A stretch of 64,000 nt of DNA, taken from positions 186,001 to 250,000 of the forward strand of contig NW_026250403.1 of the NCBI RefSeq assembly GCF_024521635.1, in the 5' to 3' direction. The stretch is from Tricharina praecox. Its lineage: Eukaryota. Each line of letters starts with the position of its first letter. The first letter of the stretch is position 1. The position numbers and the translations under genes are program-made. The notes beneath the pieces are model-generated. The model saw only the letters and a list, made by a program, of their open reading frames with translations. It did no database searches and had not been told where the DNA came from. Below, piece by piece: positions 1-11,929 of the stretch.

Positions 1-825
1 TCGTTGAGCACAGACAACCGGATGTCTCGGACTCGGCCACAGCTCCGATTCCCCGTCCCTCCACCAGACGAGTGAACAGAATCTTGGGAGACTCTGGGGC
101 TTGGTACTCTAGCCTTGGCTCTCCCGGGGGATTAAGCCCATCATCCAGGTGCTCAACAACCAAAGAAGATGGAATCGAAGACTTTGCGTAGGCACGGTTT
201 GCACGGTCAGGAGTCACTAACCACCGGCGAGCATTTGCGGCCGTGATTCTTGTGGTGGTGAATTGTTGAGTAAACAATGGTCGGCGCAACGATCATTGAT
301 GGAGTAACTGTACCGAGACGCTAACTCGGCTGCCCCCAATGTTTTGTTCTCTCGTCTGTCGCCACCACGCCCCGACTTGCCCCACATCGAAAATAAAGAA
401 TTCACCAATAACCATCTCACAGGGAAGCCTCTTCATTTGGCTCGAGATCTACCCCGGGGCCATGCCTAGGCGAAGCATCTGTCCAGCGCGCTATTACCAA
501 ACGCTAACTTTACACCCGGCCCATGCCGGTAGCCAACTCGGACGCTAGACATCCTTCGAGCTTGGCGAGCTGCTCGGCGTTGGTTTCGGCGGTGGGCGGG
601 GGCAAAACCCATTCGACCACCAAGTATCCACAGGAAAACTCCCCTAATAATGCCTGAGTAGACCCCTTCTGGGGAGGTGTGAGGGTGAACAGCCAGAAGA
701 AGGATCAGAGGAAGCAGAAGAAGAAGAAGACGACGAAGACCCTCAGTCACTCACTAGCCAACCCTCAACTTTCACACTTCCCTACACTCCCTTCTTCTAC
801 TTCCCCCCCTCCCGAAAAAAAAAAC

Positions 826-2231
826 ATGCCAGACGTCGATACGGAAATTACGCACTTGGATCTTGCCATCTCGTCGATAGCTTGGGGATTCACACTCGGC
901 TTTGGATTCCTGACAACGTGGGAAGCGATAAAGCAGACGACGCGCGCGCGCAATCCGCTAAAGTCAGTCTACATATGGCTCGTGTGGGGCGAGATCCTTG
1001 TGTGCTTCTGTATTGGCATCATCGTCTATATGCTGTTTTCTGGGTTATATAAGGTTAGGTGAGCATAGATATCCCGTTTCGCTGGCTGGCTGGCCGGCTG
1101 GCTTAGAAATAGATCGGCCTTCCCCCCCCCTCCCCCGTTCACCCCCCACTTCCCCCCACACTCAGTGTGAATGGCAGACTAACGGGTGTCGACCGACAGC
1201 CTTGTGTTCTTGATATCGCTGTGTACGTCTCCCGCCTCGGCCAACCATCCGATCCGACATTCAAGTTTAGTTCTGTCCGTAGGGGGTGTCCGTGCTAACC
1301 AACTACAGTGACATTATGGGCCCTCAAACTCCATTTCATCGTTCAAGTTCGTTACATACCCTTCCTTCATCCGATGGGCACTATAGACATACATGCTGAC
1401 CTATATAAGATCATCATCAACCGCATCAATATAATCGGCATCGACCCCGACTTTGGCGTTAAGCTGAAATGGGGCACCGCCATTATCATCCTCCTTCTGA
1501 ACATCTCGGTGTTCGTCATCTGGATACCTGCGCAGCTGAATGTTTCGCCCGTGTATGTTCTCCCCTCACAATCATATGTATCATGGAGGTTGGCGGAGAG
1601 CTGACAAAACGCAGATTCGTACGAATCAACAACGTCTGGGACCGCTGCACAAAGGTGATCTACCTGGTAGTGGACGTAGGCCTTAACTGGCTATTCGTCC
1701 GCACCGTCAAGCGCCGCTTAATCGACCACGGCATCGGCAAGTACGACAAACTGGTCACGTTCAACATCCGGATCATCTTCATCTCTTTGGCCATGGATGT
1801 GCGCATCCCCTCCCCCCCCCCCCCCCCCCCCTTCCCCACCCAGCGCGGTAGCTAACCACCACATGTAGCTCCTAATCCTCGGCTCCATGAGCCTCAGCAA
1901 CCCGTTGGTATACGCGCAGATCCACCCGCTGGCATTTATCGTGAAGCTGCGGGTCGAGCTCTCGATGGCCAAGCTCATCCGCAAAGTGGCGGTGCAGAAG
2001 CTGGGGCCCTACAACAGTCCGTTCGACATCTCTATTGGCGGCGGCGGTAGCGGGGGGATGAACCTTACCGCGCAGCTGCCGGAGGCGCCGGATTCCGCAA
2101 AAACGGCGGATCCGAAGGTTAACGAGATGTATACTAGTACCCGTGCAACAGCACCAGAGGACGCGTGGATGTTTAGAGATGATGATAGTGTCGGCAATGA
2201 GAGCTGGAAGAGGGTGTTGTCGGCTGTGTAA
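826..2231 (+). CDS. Fungal multi-pass integral membrane protein (about 6-7 TM, uncharacterised family), about 7 exons
   Basis: ATG at 826 follows a CT-rich leader. Hydrophobic helices (AISSIAWGFTLGFGFLTTW, VYIWLVWGEILVCFCIG, WGTAIIILLLNISVFVIWIPA, YAQIHPLAFIVKLRVELSM) are spread over ORFs joined by GT-AG introns with CTAAC/CTGAC branch points. Stop at 2231. Confidence 0.8.
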
Positions 2232-2841
2232 ATGGGTGATGATGGGACTTGGTTATGGGACTTGGTTTGGGCTTGGGTTTTGGATTTGGATTGGGTTGAG
2301 ATTCGATGCAACTTTTTTTTATATACTTTTCACGTGGGCAAGTATGTACATTTTTGGCTGGATATAACTCCTTACTGTGAGGTGCTGAATGGCTGTTTTT
2401 ATCTTGGTTTCGTCATTCTGTAGGTATTCGACCAAGTCGGGCCCAAACTCTCGTTGCCCTTTTCTTTTCTTTCCATTTCTATCATTCTGTGTTTACAATT
2501 CTCGTGGCCACGAGCCAAAGCGAGAGGTCAAGATTGTAGTACGGTTTGGAGTGAGAATTAATGACTATGGTTCGTGGTTCCAAGTAAAAGTCATCGTATT
2601 CTCAACCGCCGCCCGGCTACCCAGAATGAGAAAACCCCTCACAATTCTCAATGCTCATCTTCAGATTTTATTGCGTCGTCAACATTCATTCATTCCCATT
2701 CCCATTCTCAAGTCGTTATCATCAGCTACTAGCAATATCATACAGATCCCCCAGATTGAGAAAGCATCGCAAACGCTCCCATCGATAATCCCCCATTGCC
2801 CCCCCCTCTCCTCCCGCGGACAACAGGAAAAGCCTTATGGA

Positions 2842-2881
<40 letters not shown>
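2842..2881. repeat. (AAGC)10 microsatellite
   Basis: Perfect tetranucleotide run just downstream of the DAHP synthase stop. Confidence 0.95.
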
Positions 2882-2939
2882 GCAAACACAAACCAGCCCA
2901 ACCCAACCCCACCCAAACGCAAATTACTACCACCAGATT

Positions 2940-4493
2940 TTACATCTTCCCCTCCCTGTAGTACCCAGCAATCAGAAACGCCGCTTCAAGAGCCTGTTTA
3001 TTATTCAGTCTCGGGTCGCAATACGACGTATAATTGAGGTAGAGGTCCTTATCGGTGAGGCCCTGTGAGCCGCCAACACATTCCGTGACCGGGTCGCCCG
3101 TGAGCTCGAGGTGGACGCCGCCCAGATTCGAGCCGTTGTCCTTGTGCACCTTGAGCGCCGTGGTCAGCTCCGATATGATCGAGCTGAATTGCCGAGTTTT
3201 TACGCCGGAATCGGAGGAGCGCGTGTTGCCGTGCATCGGGTCGCATTGCCTGGGTGGTGGTTAGTGGGAGGGAGGGTTTACATAGTGGGGGTGGGGGGGG
3301 AGTACCAGACGACGATGTGGCCAGAGTTCGCGACGGCCTTGATGTGGCCCGGTAACTTGTCGGCGACCTTGTCGCATCCATACCTCGTGATGAGCGTGAT
3401 CTTTCCGACCTCCTTGTTGGGATTGACGATATCCAGGAGCTTGACCAGCTCTTCGTTCTGCATGGTCGGGCCCACCTTGATACCGATAGGGTTCTCGATC
3501 CCGCGGAAGAACTCCACATGCGCCCCGTCGAGCTGCCTGGTCCTGTCACCGATCCACACGAAGTGGCCACTGGTGTTGTACCACTTGAGTTTTCCGTCCT
3601 TGGGATCCTTCAACTGGCGCGTGAGAGACTGCTCATACTCGAGGAGCATGCCCTCGTGTGAAGTGTAAAGATCCACGCTGCCGAGCTCGCTCGAATTATC
3701 CGCGCCGATAGTGTGCATGAAGCGGATGGCGTCGTTAATGGAATCGACGGTGCGCTGGTACTGTTCCTTCGTGTCGTCGTCCTGGACGTGGCTGAGCGTC
3801 CACTCGAACGGATGGTGCAGGTCCGCAAAACCGCTCGTCAGCTGGGCCCGCACATAGTTGAGCGTGGCGGCGGAGTGAAAGTACGCCTCGACGAGTCTCT
3901 TCGGGTCCGGGATCCTCTGGTCGTGCGCATAACCGTTGATGTTGTCCCCGCGGAAACTCATGATTTCGGTTCCGTCCTCCAGCTTCTCGATCATGGAGCT
4001 GCGAGGCTTCGCGAACTGTCCGGCCATGCGGGCGATGCGGACAACGGGGATGTTACCGCCCCAGATGATCACCAGGGACATCTGCAGGAGCAGCTTCATC
4101 TTGGAGTCGATCTGCGAAGGGGAGCAGTAGTCGAACAGCTCGGCACAGTCGCCACCTTGGAGGAGGAAGGCTTTGCCCAAGGCAACTTGCTTGAGGCTGG
4201 AGCGGAGCTTGTTGATCTCCGCCGGGGTCACGAGCGGAGGAAGGGTCTCGAGCTTCTTGAAGGCGCTCTGGGCCGCATTGATGTCGTCGTAGATGACTTG
4301 CTGCCGAGCGGGCTTCGATTGCCAGGCTGAAACGATGGTTAGTGATTGAAATTCAATGGGGGTTGGAAAGGAAGTCCTTACAGGTAGGAGACCACTCGGC
4401 GGTCTGTGCAGGAGCTGTAGGAAGCTTGGGATTGACGTTCTCCTTGTTCTTGCCCTCACCGCCGAGAGGGAACTGAGGCGGGACGGTCGTCAT
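2940..4493 (-). CDS. Class II DAHP synthase (phospho-2-dehydro-3-deoxyheptonate aldolase, AroA-II type), 3 exons
   Basis: Motifs FLLQGGDCAELF, RMAGQFAKPRS, YTSHEGMLLEYE, WIGDRTRQ, NPIGIKVGP, CDPMHGNT, GVHLELTG and CDPRLN. ATG at 4493-4491; introns near 4381-4327 and about 3303-3250. Confidence 0.95.
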
Positions 4494-4672
4494 GGCTTCT
4501 TTTCTTGAGGAAGGAAGAGGGTAGATGGGAGATTGAAGAAAGCTGGAGGAGGAAGGTTGGTGGGGTTAAAGAAAGCTCAAGGAGGAGGGTGGGTTGGTGG
4601 GGGTCGAACGAAGGTGTTTACGGGAATGAAGGAGTGGAAGGTTGTCACGGCAAAGAATGAACCAAGAACGGG

Positions 4673-4679
4673 ATGACTC
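4673..4679. promoter_or_regulatory. Putative Gcn4/CPC-1 response element (ATGACTC)
   Basis: TGACTC core about 180 bp upstream of an amino-acid biosynthesis gene. It is a short motif and could be chance. Confidence 0.35.
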
Positions 4680-5193
4680 GTCTGCATTTGGGCATCATGC
4701 AATTGAGCCGCCATCCCCTTGCATGGGGTTTCGATTTCCATTTCCAGAACGACATCCATCAGTCAGTGCAACCACCTGTGACATGTGCCGTATAAATGTT
4801 CACGTGGATGGAATTCCGAAAGACGCTGTTATAGTGCAACCGGTTCTAGCCGCCCGGTCGGCGGCGGGGACCGACGGGACATCGGGGCCGTTGTTTGATG
4901 AAGTCAGAACCCTGTCACCACTCATCCTCACCGTAATAATCAGGAAGAGTTCCCGTGAGGTGTAGATTCAGCTTCAGAGGACTTCCAGAAGAAGTTATAC
5001 CTATGTTGTTACAACTCATAACAATGCCAAGCGCCCAGCAAAATGTAACAGATAGAGTAAGTAATGCCAAACAAAGTACTAACAGACCAAGTGTACGAAC
5101 AAGACGGAAAATTACAGGCACAGTAGTGAAACCTATTGAAACCTATTGAGCATCAAACGAAATACAGTTATCTGAACGTGAAGAGGCGGCCGT

Positions 5194-8100
5194 TCACAAA
5201 GCCTCAATGCTGCGCTCGATGGCAGCCATGGCATCAGCGCTCACTTCTTCGTCAGAACAGAGGAGGAGGGCAATATCGCTCTGGACACCTAGCGGGATGT
5301 AAACACCAGCACGAGCTGCCTCGAGACTGTCCTTCAGCTTGGAAGTGTGCTCGAACAGACGCGCAGCTTCCTCGGCTCTGTCGATGATGCGCTTGTTGAT
5401 TCCACACTTGGCAGCGCAGTGCTAAAGAACGACTCATTAATACACACGCAAGGGATGGAAGTCGAAGGATAGATCACGTACCATTCCGAACGACCCCTCA
5501 GCAACACCTTCCTCAAGCTTGTACAAGAACGTGATGTCACGGATATTGTTGTCAACATCGATCTTCATGCGGCAAGGGCGAATCTCGGAGTGAGTCGAAA
5601 ACTCGGTCGCGAGAGAGTGGTAATGGGTCGCAAAGTATCCAATACATCCAATGTGAGTAGCGATGTGGTGAAGAACCGATTGCGCCACTGCAACACCGTC
5701 GTAGGAAGAAGTTCCGCGACCGAGCTCGTCCAGAATCACTAGTGAGCGTGGCGTGGCATCTGCTAGGATCTTCTTCGTTTCGGTAAGCTCAACGAAAAAC
5801 GTACTCTGCGCCGCGAAGATGTTGTCGTTCGCTCCCAGGCGACTCATGATACGGTCGATGGGGGTGAGTCGGGCGGACTCGCAGGGAACGTAGCATCCAA
5901 TCTGCGCCATGATGACAGCGATGCAACTCTACGAACCAATTTAGTATCATTTCTCATCAATCAAAGGAACCGATCTCACCATCCGTAAAACGGTAGACTT
6001 TCCAGCCGCGTTCGCTCCGGTAAGAAGGGTGATCTTCGGACGATCCCCTCCGAGCTGGATGTCATTTGGAATGAAGTTATCAACGTTTGTAGTCATGCAA
6101 GGGTGGCGAAGCTCCTTGAAGTCAAGAACAGTCCTCTTGTCATTGACAAACGTGGGACGGCAGCTGGTACCACCGAGTGAAGCCGACGCCTTGGCCAGAC
6201 CGATCAAACAGTCGAGCTGAGCGACGACCTGAACGGCCAGAAGCCAGTTGTTGTACTCCTCGTCGAAACGTGCGTAGAAACGGCTAGCCACCTCCTTGAC
6301 GATCTGACTGTGAGTTTCTTGCGCTTCCTGCAGAGAACGCACAAGCTTCCTGGTCTCAGGGGTGTAGTAACGCTTCAGCTTGACAGTTCCTGACATTTGC
6401 TGCCAGGTCTTGGGCAAGTTCTTCGTATACTTGACAGGAACCTCCAGCACGTAAATCTCCTTACCACTATCAATATACCTCATCTCCGGACACCTGCAGA
6501 CGCCCGCATTGTCAGTAACTACATCAATATGCCGATGCGAAAGTGTCGATATACCTATATTCTTTGCTGTACTTATCGCGTACTTGATTCAACTGCAAGA
6601 TGATATCTTCGATGGTGTCCTGTGATGCGTCGAAGTCCTCCTCGACGCCGCTCTCCGGCACGAGAACACCATTCTCCTTCACCTTCTCACGATCGAACGC
6701 AGTTGCCCACGGTTTCAACAGTGCCTCCAAATCCGGCATCTTCGACAACAGCTGGCCGATCAGGCCTTCTCCGGAACCATAGAGCTTGATCTCCTCGACT
6801 GCGCTCTGGATGCGTTCAAAGCCCTCCAGAACACGAAGAAAGTCGACTGCGCGACTGCTACCAGCGTGAACACGCGATATCAGACGTTCTAGATCAGGTA
6901 GCTTGCTCAATTGAGACGTAAAAACGTCGCGGAAAGTGTCATTAGCGTTGAGAGCGTCAACGGCGTCGAGACGGGCGTCAATCTTGGCAGGATCCAGCAG
7001 CGGGTGGCAAACCCATTGCTTCAGCATCCGCTTTCCGAAGGGCGTGATGCACTTGTTGAGGATTGGAAACAGAGTCCCAGTGGCAGAACCATCGTACGAG
7101 TTGGCAAATATCTAATGCTGTCAGCTTTTAACCAACCAACAGTGGGGATGGAAGCCTTACCTCGAGATTCAGCAACGTCTTTCCGTCCAAAACCAACGAG
7201 GTGGCCTTCCGGATGGGGTCGTAAGTCTGGAAATTCTTCAGGGTCATGAGTTCATGATCGATTTTGAGCTATTCCTATTAGCGATAGTCAGGCACCACGG
7301 ACAAGAGTACACACCGATTGCAAGTAGCACAATAGTGCGCCCATCGCCGACATCGCGAGTTGCTTGGACACCATACTGTGCAACACATCCGGCCATTCAC
7401 CGTCGTCCTTTTCGAAATAGCCGCGCGAATTCACCTCCCGCACAGTCGTCGAGGCGTCCCAAAACTCCTTCTCGGGCTTGAGCTTGTTCCAGATGGTTGT
7501 CACGGCAGTATTGTTCTTCAAGATGCGAATAGCACGTTTCGAGATGGCACCCTTCTCGAGAATCAATTCCTTGGGGCGAATCTGTGCAACGAACGTCTCG
7601 AACTTGGTCAAGTCGACGTCATCCACAAACTCGGACAACGAAAAGGAACCTGTGGCCGTGTCGACAAACGCGATTCCAAACGACGGGGTTTCCGTCGAGT
7701 CGTCCTCCTTGATGGCAACGCAGAAGGTAGACATTTCATCCTGAAGCATGGCCTCCTCGACCAGAGTTCCCCCGGTCAAAACACATGCAAGTTCTCTCTT
7801 GATGATCGAATCTCCTTTGGAAGATTTCCCGCCCTTCTCGCGCATCTCCTTGCCGAGGGCAGTTTCTCGCTGATCAACCCTGGCAATCTTGTGTCCTTTC
7901 GCAACGAACTGCGATGCCCACATCTCGAGACTCGACTCTGGCACTCCGACCATCCTCATGTTGACACGGTCCGTGAGCTTGAGGTCGAACTCTTGGTGGC
8001 CAATCGTCGCGTCGTCCTCGTACAGCTCATAGAACTTTCCTTTCTTGAAGAACACCACCGTATCGTACAGCTTTGACTTGATCTCCCAGTATTGCTTCTC

Positions 8101-9099
8101 AAAGGGGCTGAATCTGGGCCACTGCTCGGACGGAATGAAAAGAGTCCGAGGATCATAGTCCGGATGATCAGGGCGATTTTTGTCTGCGTCTCGCACGTCC
8201 ACGAGCCAGTGGTATCTCCCTGCTTCCTTTCCGCCCTTGTTGGAGTTGGTAGCGTTCTGTCTCGGAGTCCCCTTGTTGGCCGACGGGGTCCATGCTTTCT
8301 TATCACCACCGGGCGTGAAAGCGAACCGCGACGTAGCCGGAGTAAGACCAGTAGCAGCGCTCGACCTCTGAGGCGTCTGGCTCGAGAACTTTGAAAGCGT
8401 CTTGCTTGGGGTTCTGCTCGGAATCTTCCCGCGCTTCCTCTTGCCGCCAGAGAAACCGTCGTCTTCGTCGTCGTCGGGAACTACAAAATCTACGGATGGT
8501 TTAGCCACAGAACCCGCATGTCCACATGTAAGTGCAGGGACGCATACTGTCATCGTCGACCTCTGAGACATTGCCTCCCGCGTCGTTGAAGTCGTCGTCG
8601 TCAGAGTCGAGGGCAACCCGTCTTCTGCGCTTCGGTGCCCTCATTGGGATATCCTCGTCGTCGTCGCTGAGCTCCTCGGCACAAGTTCTGGCTTTCGTAG
8701 CACGCTTATAAACATCAGCAATGGGTCCAAGAAAGTTCCGGTGGCAATGCACTGACCCGTCCACCAGCTGGGCTCGGAGGAAGAATAGGCAGATTGGTCC
8801 GAGCATCTATGCGTCTCAAGTCAGCACATCATTCTCTCACCCACGCACCATAGGGTTTTCTAACTCTGTTTGCCAACCGAAGGCGGAGCAACATCCCTTC
8901 GGCGAATCGGAGAAGATGGAAGGACGGGATCACTAGACGGCGCCGGAGTATCTTCGAATTGTCCCTTAGGAGTAGCTGTGCCCGCCTTCTTGCCAAAGAA
9001 GGAATGCAGCGACTTCTGTTTCGGCACGGATGCCAATGTCTTCTTGACGCCCTTTGTTGCAAGGCCTGGGGAGGGCTTAGCAGGTATTTTTCCTGCCAT
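5194..9099 (-). CDS. MSH6: DNA mismatch repair protein Msh6 (MutS family), multi-exon
   Basis: N-terminal PIP box QKSLHSFF; YDPRTLFIP; FFKKGKFYELYE mismatch-binding motif; Walker A TGANAAGKST; STFFVEL; ILDELGRGTS; FATHYH. Confidence 0.97.
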
Positions 9100-9415
9100 G
9101 ATTATTTCTCAATGGGCAGTGGAAAGATTTTTGTATGGGGTAGGAGGGGAGTGGATTAGATTGATTGCTGTGCAGGTGACAGGGCCAGGGAAGTGAAGGT
9201 GAGGCAATGGAGGAAGGAGGAAGGCGGAAAGAGATGGAGACGGAAATGTGTGATACTTGGCACGCCGCCTTCCTCAATTTACGCGGTAGGGACGTGACAG
9301 CGCGTTGACCAGGGGACTATCTGCTAGTAGTTAGCCTTTGGGAGCCTTTGTTTGCAGGGGCCTGGGCGCCGGGATTTTTGCGTTACGAGGGACCTGCTGT
9401 GTGACCACGGACGGG

Positions 9416-9421
9416 ACGCGT
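9416..9421. promoter_or_regulatory. Putative MCB (MBF) element ACGCGT upstream of MSH6
   Basis: Perfect ACGCGT with near-matches at about 9280-9307. MSH6 is a typical G1/S-regulated gene in yeast. Confidence 0.4.
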
Positions 9422-9670
9422 TGTTGACACACCTATTACTAGTACAAATGTGGAGTCTGGACGAGTGATATCTACTATGGACTCTGAGTACCGTCGGAAA
9501 GTCATCGTAAGGAAAACACATAAGATGTATGTACAATACTTCCTTACTTACGAACGGTACAAGTAGTTACGCAGGCACTCTATTTTGTGCTTAGGAGATT
9601 CTATGAGGTGATTGAGATTTGGTATCTTTCGAGCGGAAACAACGCAGGGTGGAGAGCCACCAGCGGCTCA

Positions 9671-11384
9671 CTACACGGCTCGGACAATCGCAAACCTCCC
9701 TTTGCCGATCCTCAGCAGCAGGATCCGGCCATCCAGCAACCAATCCTCTTGAACACTAGCCTTCATATCGTCTATCCTCTTGCCCTCCTGCCCGTAGTAA
9801 ACACCGCCTCCTCGGATGATATTGTCCGCCTCGCTTCTGGTCTTCACTGCGCCTACCCGCCGCATGACTTTACTCACCATCTCACCAACCAGCTCCGTCT
9901 TCGGCACATCGATCAATCTTCCGTCGCCGTCAAAGGCATCGATGATTTGCTGTGCGGAAAACTGCATAGCGCTTGAGCTGGGAGGGAAGAGAAGCTGTGT
10001 CTGGATCGATGCCTGGGTGGCTTTGCTTTCGCCATGGATGAGAGTCACCACCTCATTTGCCAGGAGAATCTGGGCAGCTCGTGCCTCGGGAGCAGCGGTG
10101 TGTTTCTCCATAGCCGTTGCCACTTGGGAGGGGGAGAGGAGTGTGAAGATCTTGAGATGCTTCTCCACTACCTCGTCCGGCAACTTCACGAAGTACTGTC
10201 ACAAAATGTGAGTATAGACCTCCCAGGTCACGTTCGGACATAGAGCGGTTTACTTGATACAGCTCAAACGGCGTAGTAAGCTTCTCATCGAGCCACACTG
10301 CGTTGCCAGCCGATTTTCCGAACTTTTCTCCAGATGCCGTCGTGAGTAGCGGAACGGTCAAGCCGTATGCGGGATCGAATTGGTCAGCCAACCCCTGACC
10401 AGCGCTCTTGCGCATGCGGGATATTAAGTCGATTCCAGCAGTGATGTTTCCATACTGGTCATTGCCTCCAATCTGCCTCGGCGGTTAGTCATGCTCTGCT
10501 ACGGTCTATAGCAGCGGCAGCCATACCTGTAATCTACAGCCTTTGGTCCGATGCAGATGCCAAAAGTCGTAGGACTGCAACAGCTGGTATGTGAATTCGG
10601 CATAGTTGATGCCCTGCGCAGATTCCATTCTAGCCTTGACGCTTTCCCTTGCCAGCATCTGGCCGACCCTGACATGTCTCCCGATAGTGCTCAAGAACTC
10701 GACCATTCCGAGCCCATCCAGCCACTCGCCGTTCGTCACCAGCTCCGTCGTTCCCATCTTCGCCTGGTCGTATCCGCGGGAAATCGCGTACGACTGACCG
10801 CGCTCGAAGAACCGCCCAATCTGCGCCCAGAGACTCTCGAACTGGTGCCGTATCCGTTCCGCTTCGATCGAATCGCGCTCGGTGGTTCGCCCCGAAGGAT
10901 CGCCCACGGACGCGGTGGCTTTCCCGATCTACATGTAGAAATCCGGATGAGCGATGTATCGACGGAGGAGACATGGTAGGACTGCAGCTTACGAGGCCGA
11001 TCGCGTGGTGGCCGTGGAGGTAGAAGTGGAGAAGGTTCATCAATGGGAGTAGATGGCCGACATGGAGCGAGCTTGCGGTGGGATCAACACCGGCGTACAC
11101 CACCACTGGTTGCGAGTCCACGAGAGAGCTGAGCTGGCCTTCCGGTCTATGGGACTCCCATACTTCCACGTCACTACACAGCACCGATGATTGGGAAGAC
11201 CACAGGATACCCACCCAGTGATGCTCTCAGCGAGGCCTCTGTCCCGCAACTCTTTCACGAGCGAACGTGGGGATGCCACCTCCGGTTGCGAGGAACTCCA
11301 TCGTATTGCCACGGGTACAATTCGTGGTCGCTGGAGATGTACTGCAGCTAGGCGTAATGTCGAGCGAACGAATAGACGCTCCAT
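9671..11384 (-). CDS. MSY1: Mitochondrial tyrosyl-tRNA synthetase (Msy1/CYT-18 ortholog), 5 exons, about 490 aa
   Basis: Arg-rich presequence; [15 protein letters not shown] (HIGH); [37 protein letters not shown] (KMSKS); S4-like C-terminal domain. Confidence 0.95.
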
Positions 11385-11929
11385 GAAGCCGTTCGGTACG
11401 GACGTGAATGGGTACTTAAGTGTTCGTCGACGGGCCGGTGATTCGGAATTGGACGCGGAGAAATCTTTAAGTTTTAGTTTGGTGGGGCGCGCACAGGCCA
11501 CCAATCAATAGCTCCTCGAATCGAAACCCCGCTACTTACCCGCTGCACCGCAAATCGTCCCTATCTTCGCGCCGCGATGCTTAAGCTTCGTCGGCTCCGG
11601 GTGAATGTCATTTCCCCGTAATCCTCACGACACGGCATCGGCAGTTGCTGCGGCATTTTGAGGAGCCGGCCGTCAACTGATCAGCTGTGCCCGTGTGCGA
11701 AACGCACTCTACGAACCTTGGAATGTGCCCTCGTGCTGTAGCTGCACCTGCAGGGCTCAACTGCAGTGCGATGTACGACACTCATTAAGCTGTTCACAGT
11801 CAGCTGCGGAGCTACTCACCTTAACTGTACCTGTTGTCCACAAGCCTCCCTCTGTCCATTCTACACCTCGCCACTATCAACAACGTGTCCCATTCATACG
11901 TCCAGCTAGCCCTCAGAACCTCATCAAAC

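Noticed and set aside
2940-4493. Class II DAHP synthase as a marker of a secondary-metabolite cluster or recent horizontal transfer
   Set aside because: It contains introns, class II enzymes are standard in filamentous fungi, and the neighbours are housekeeping genes.
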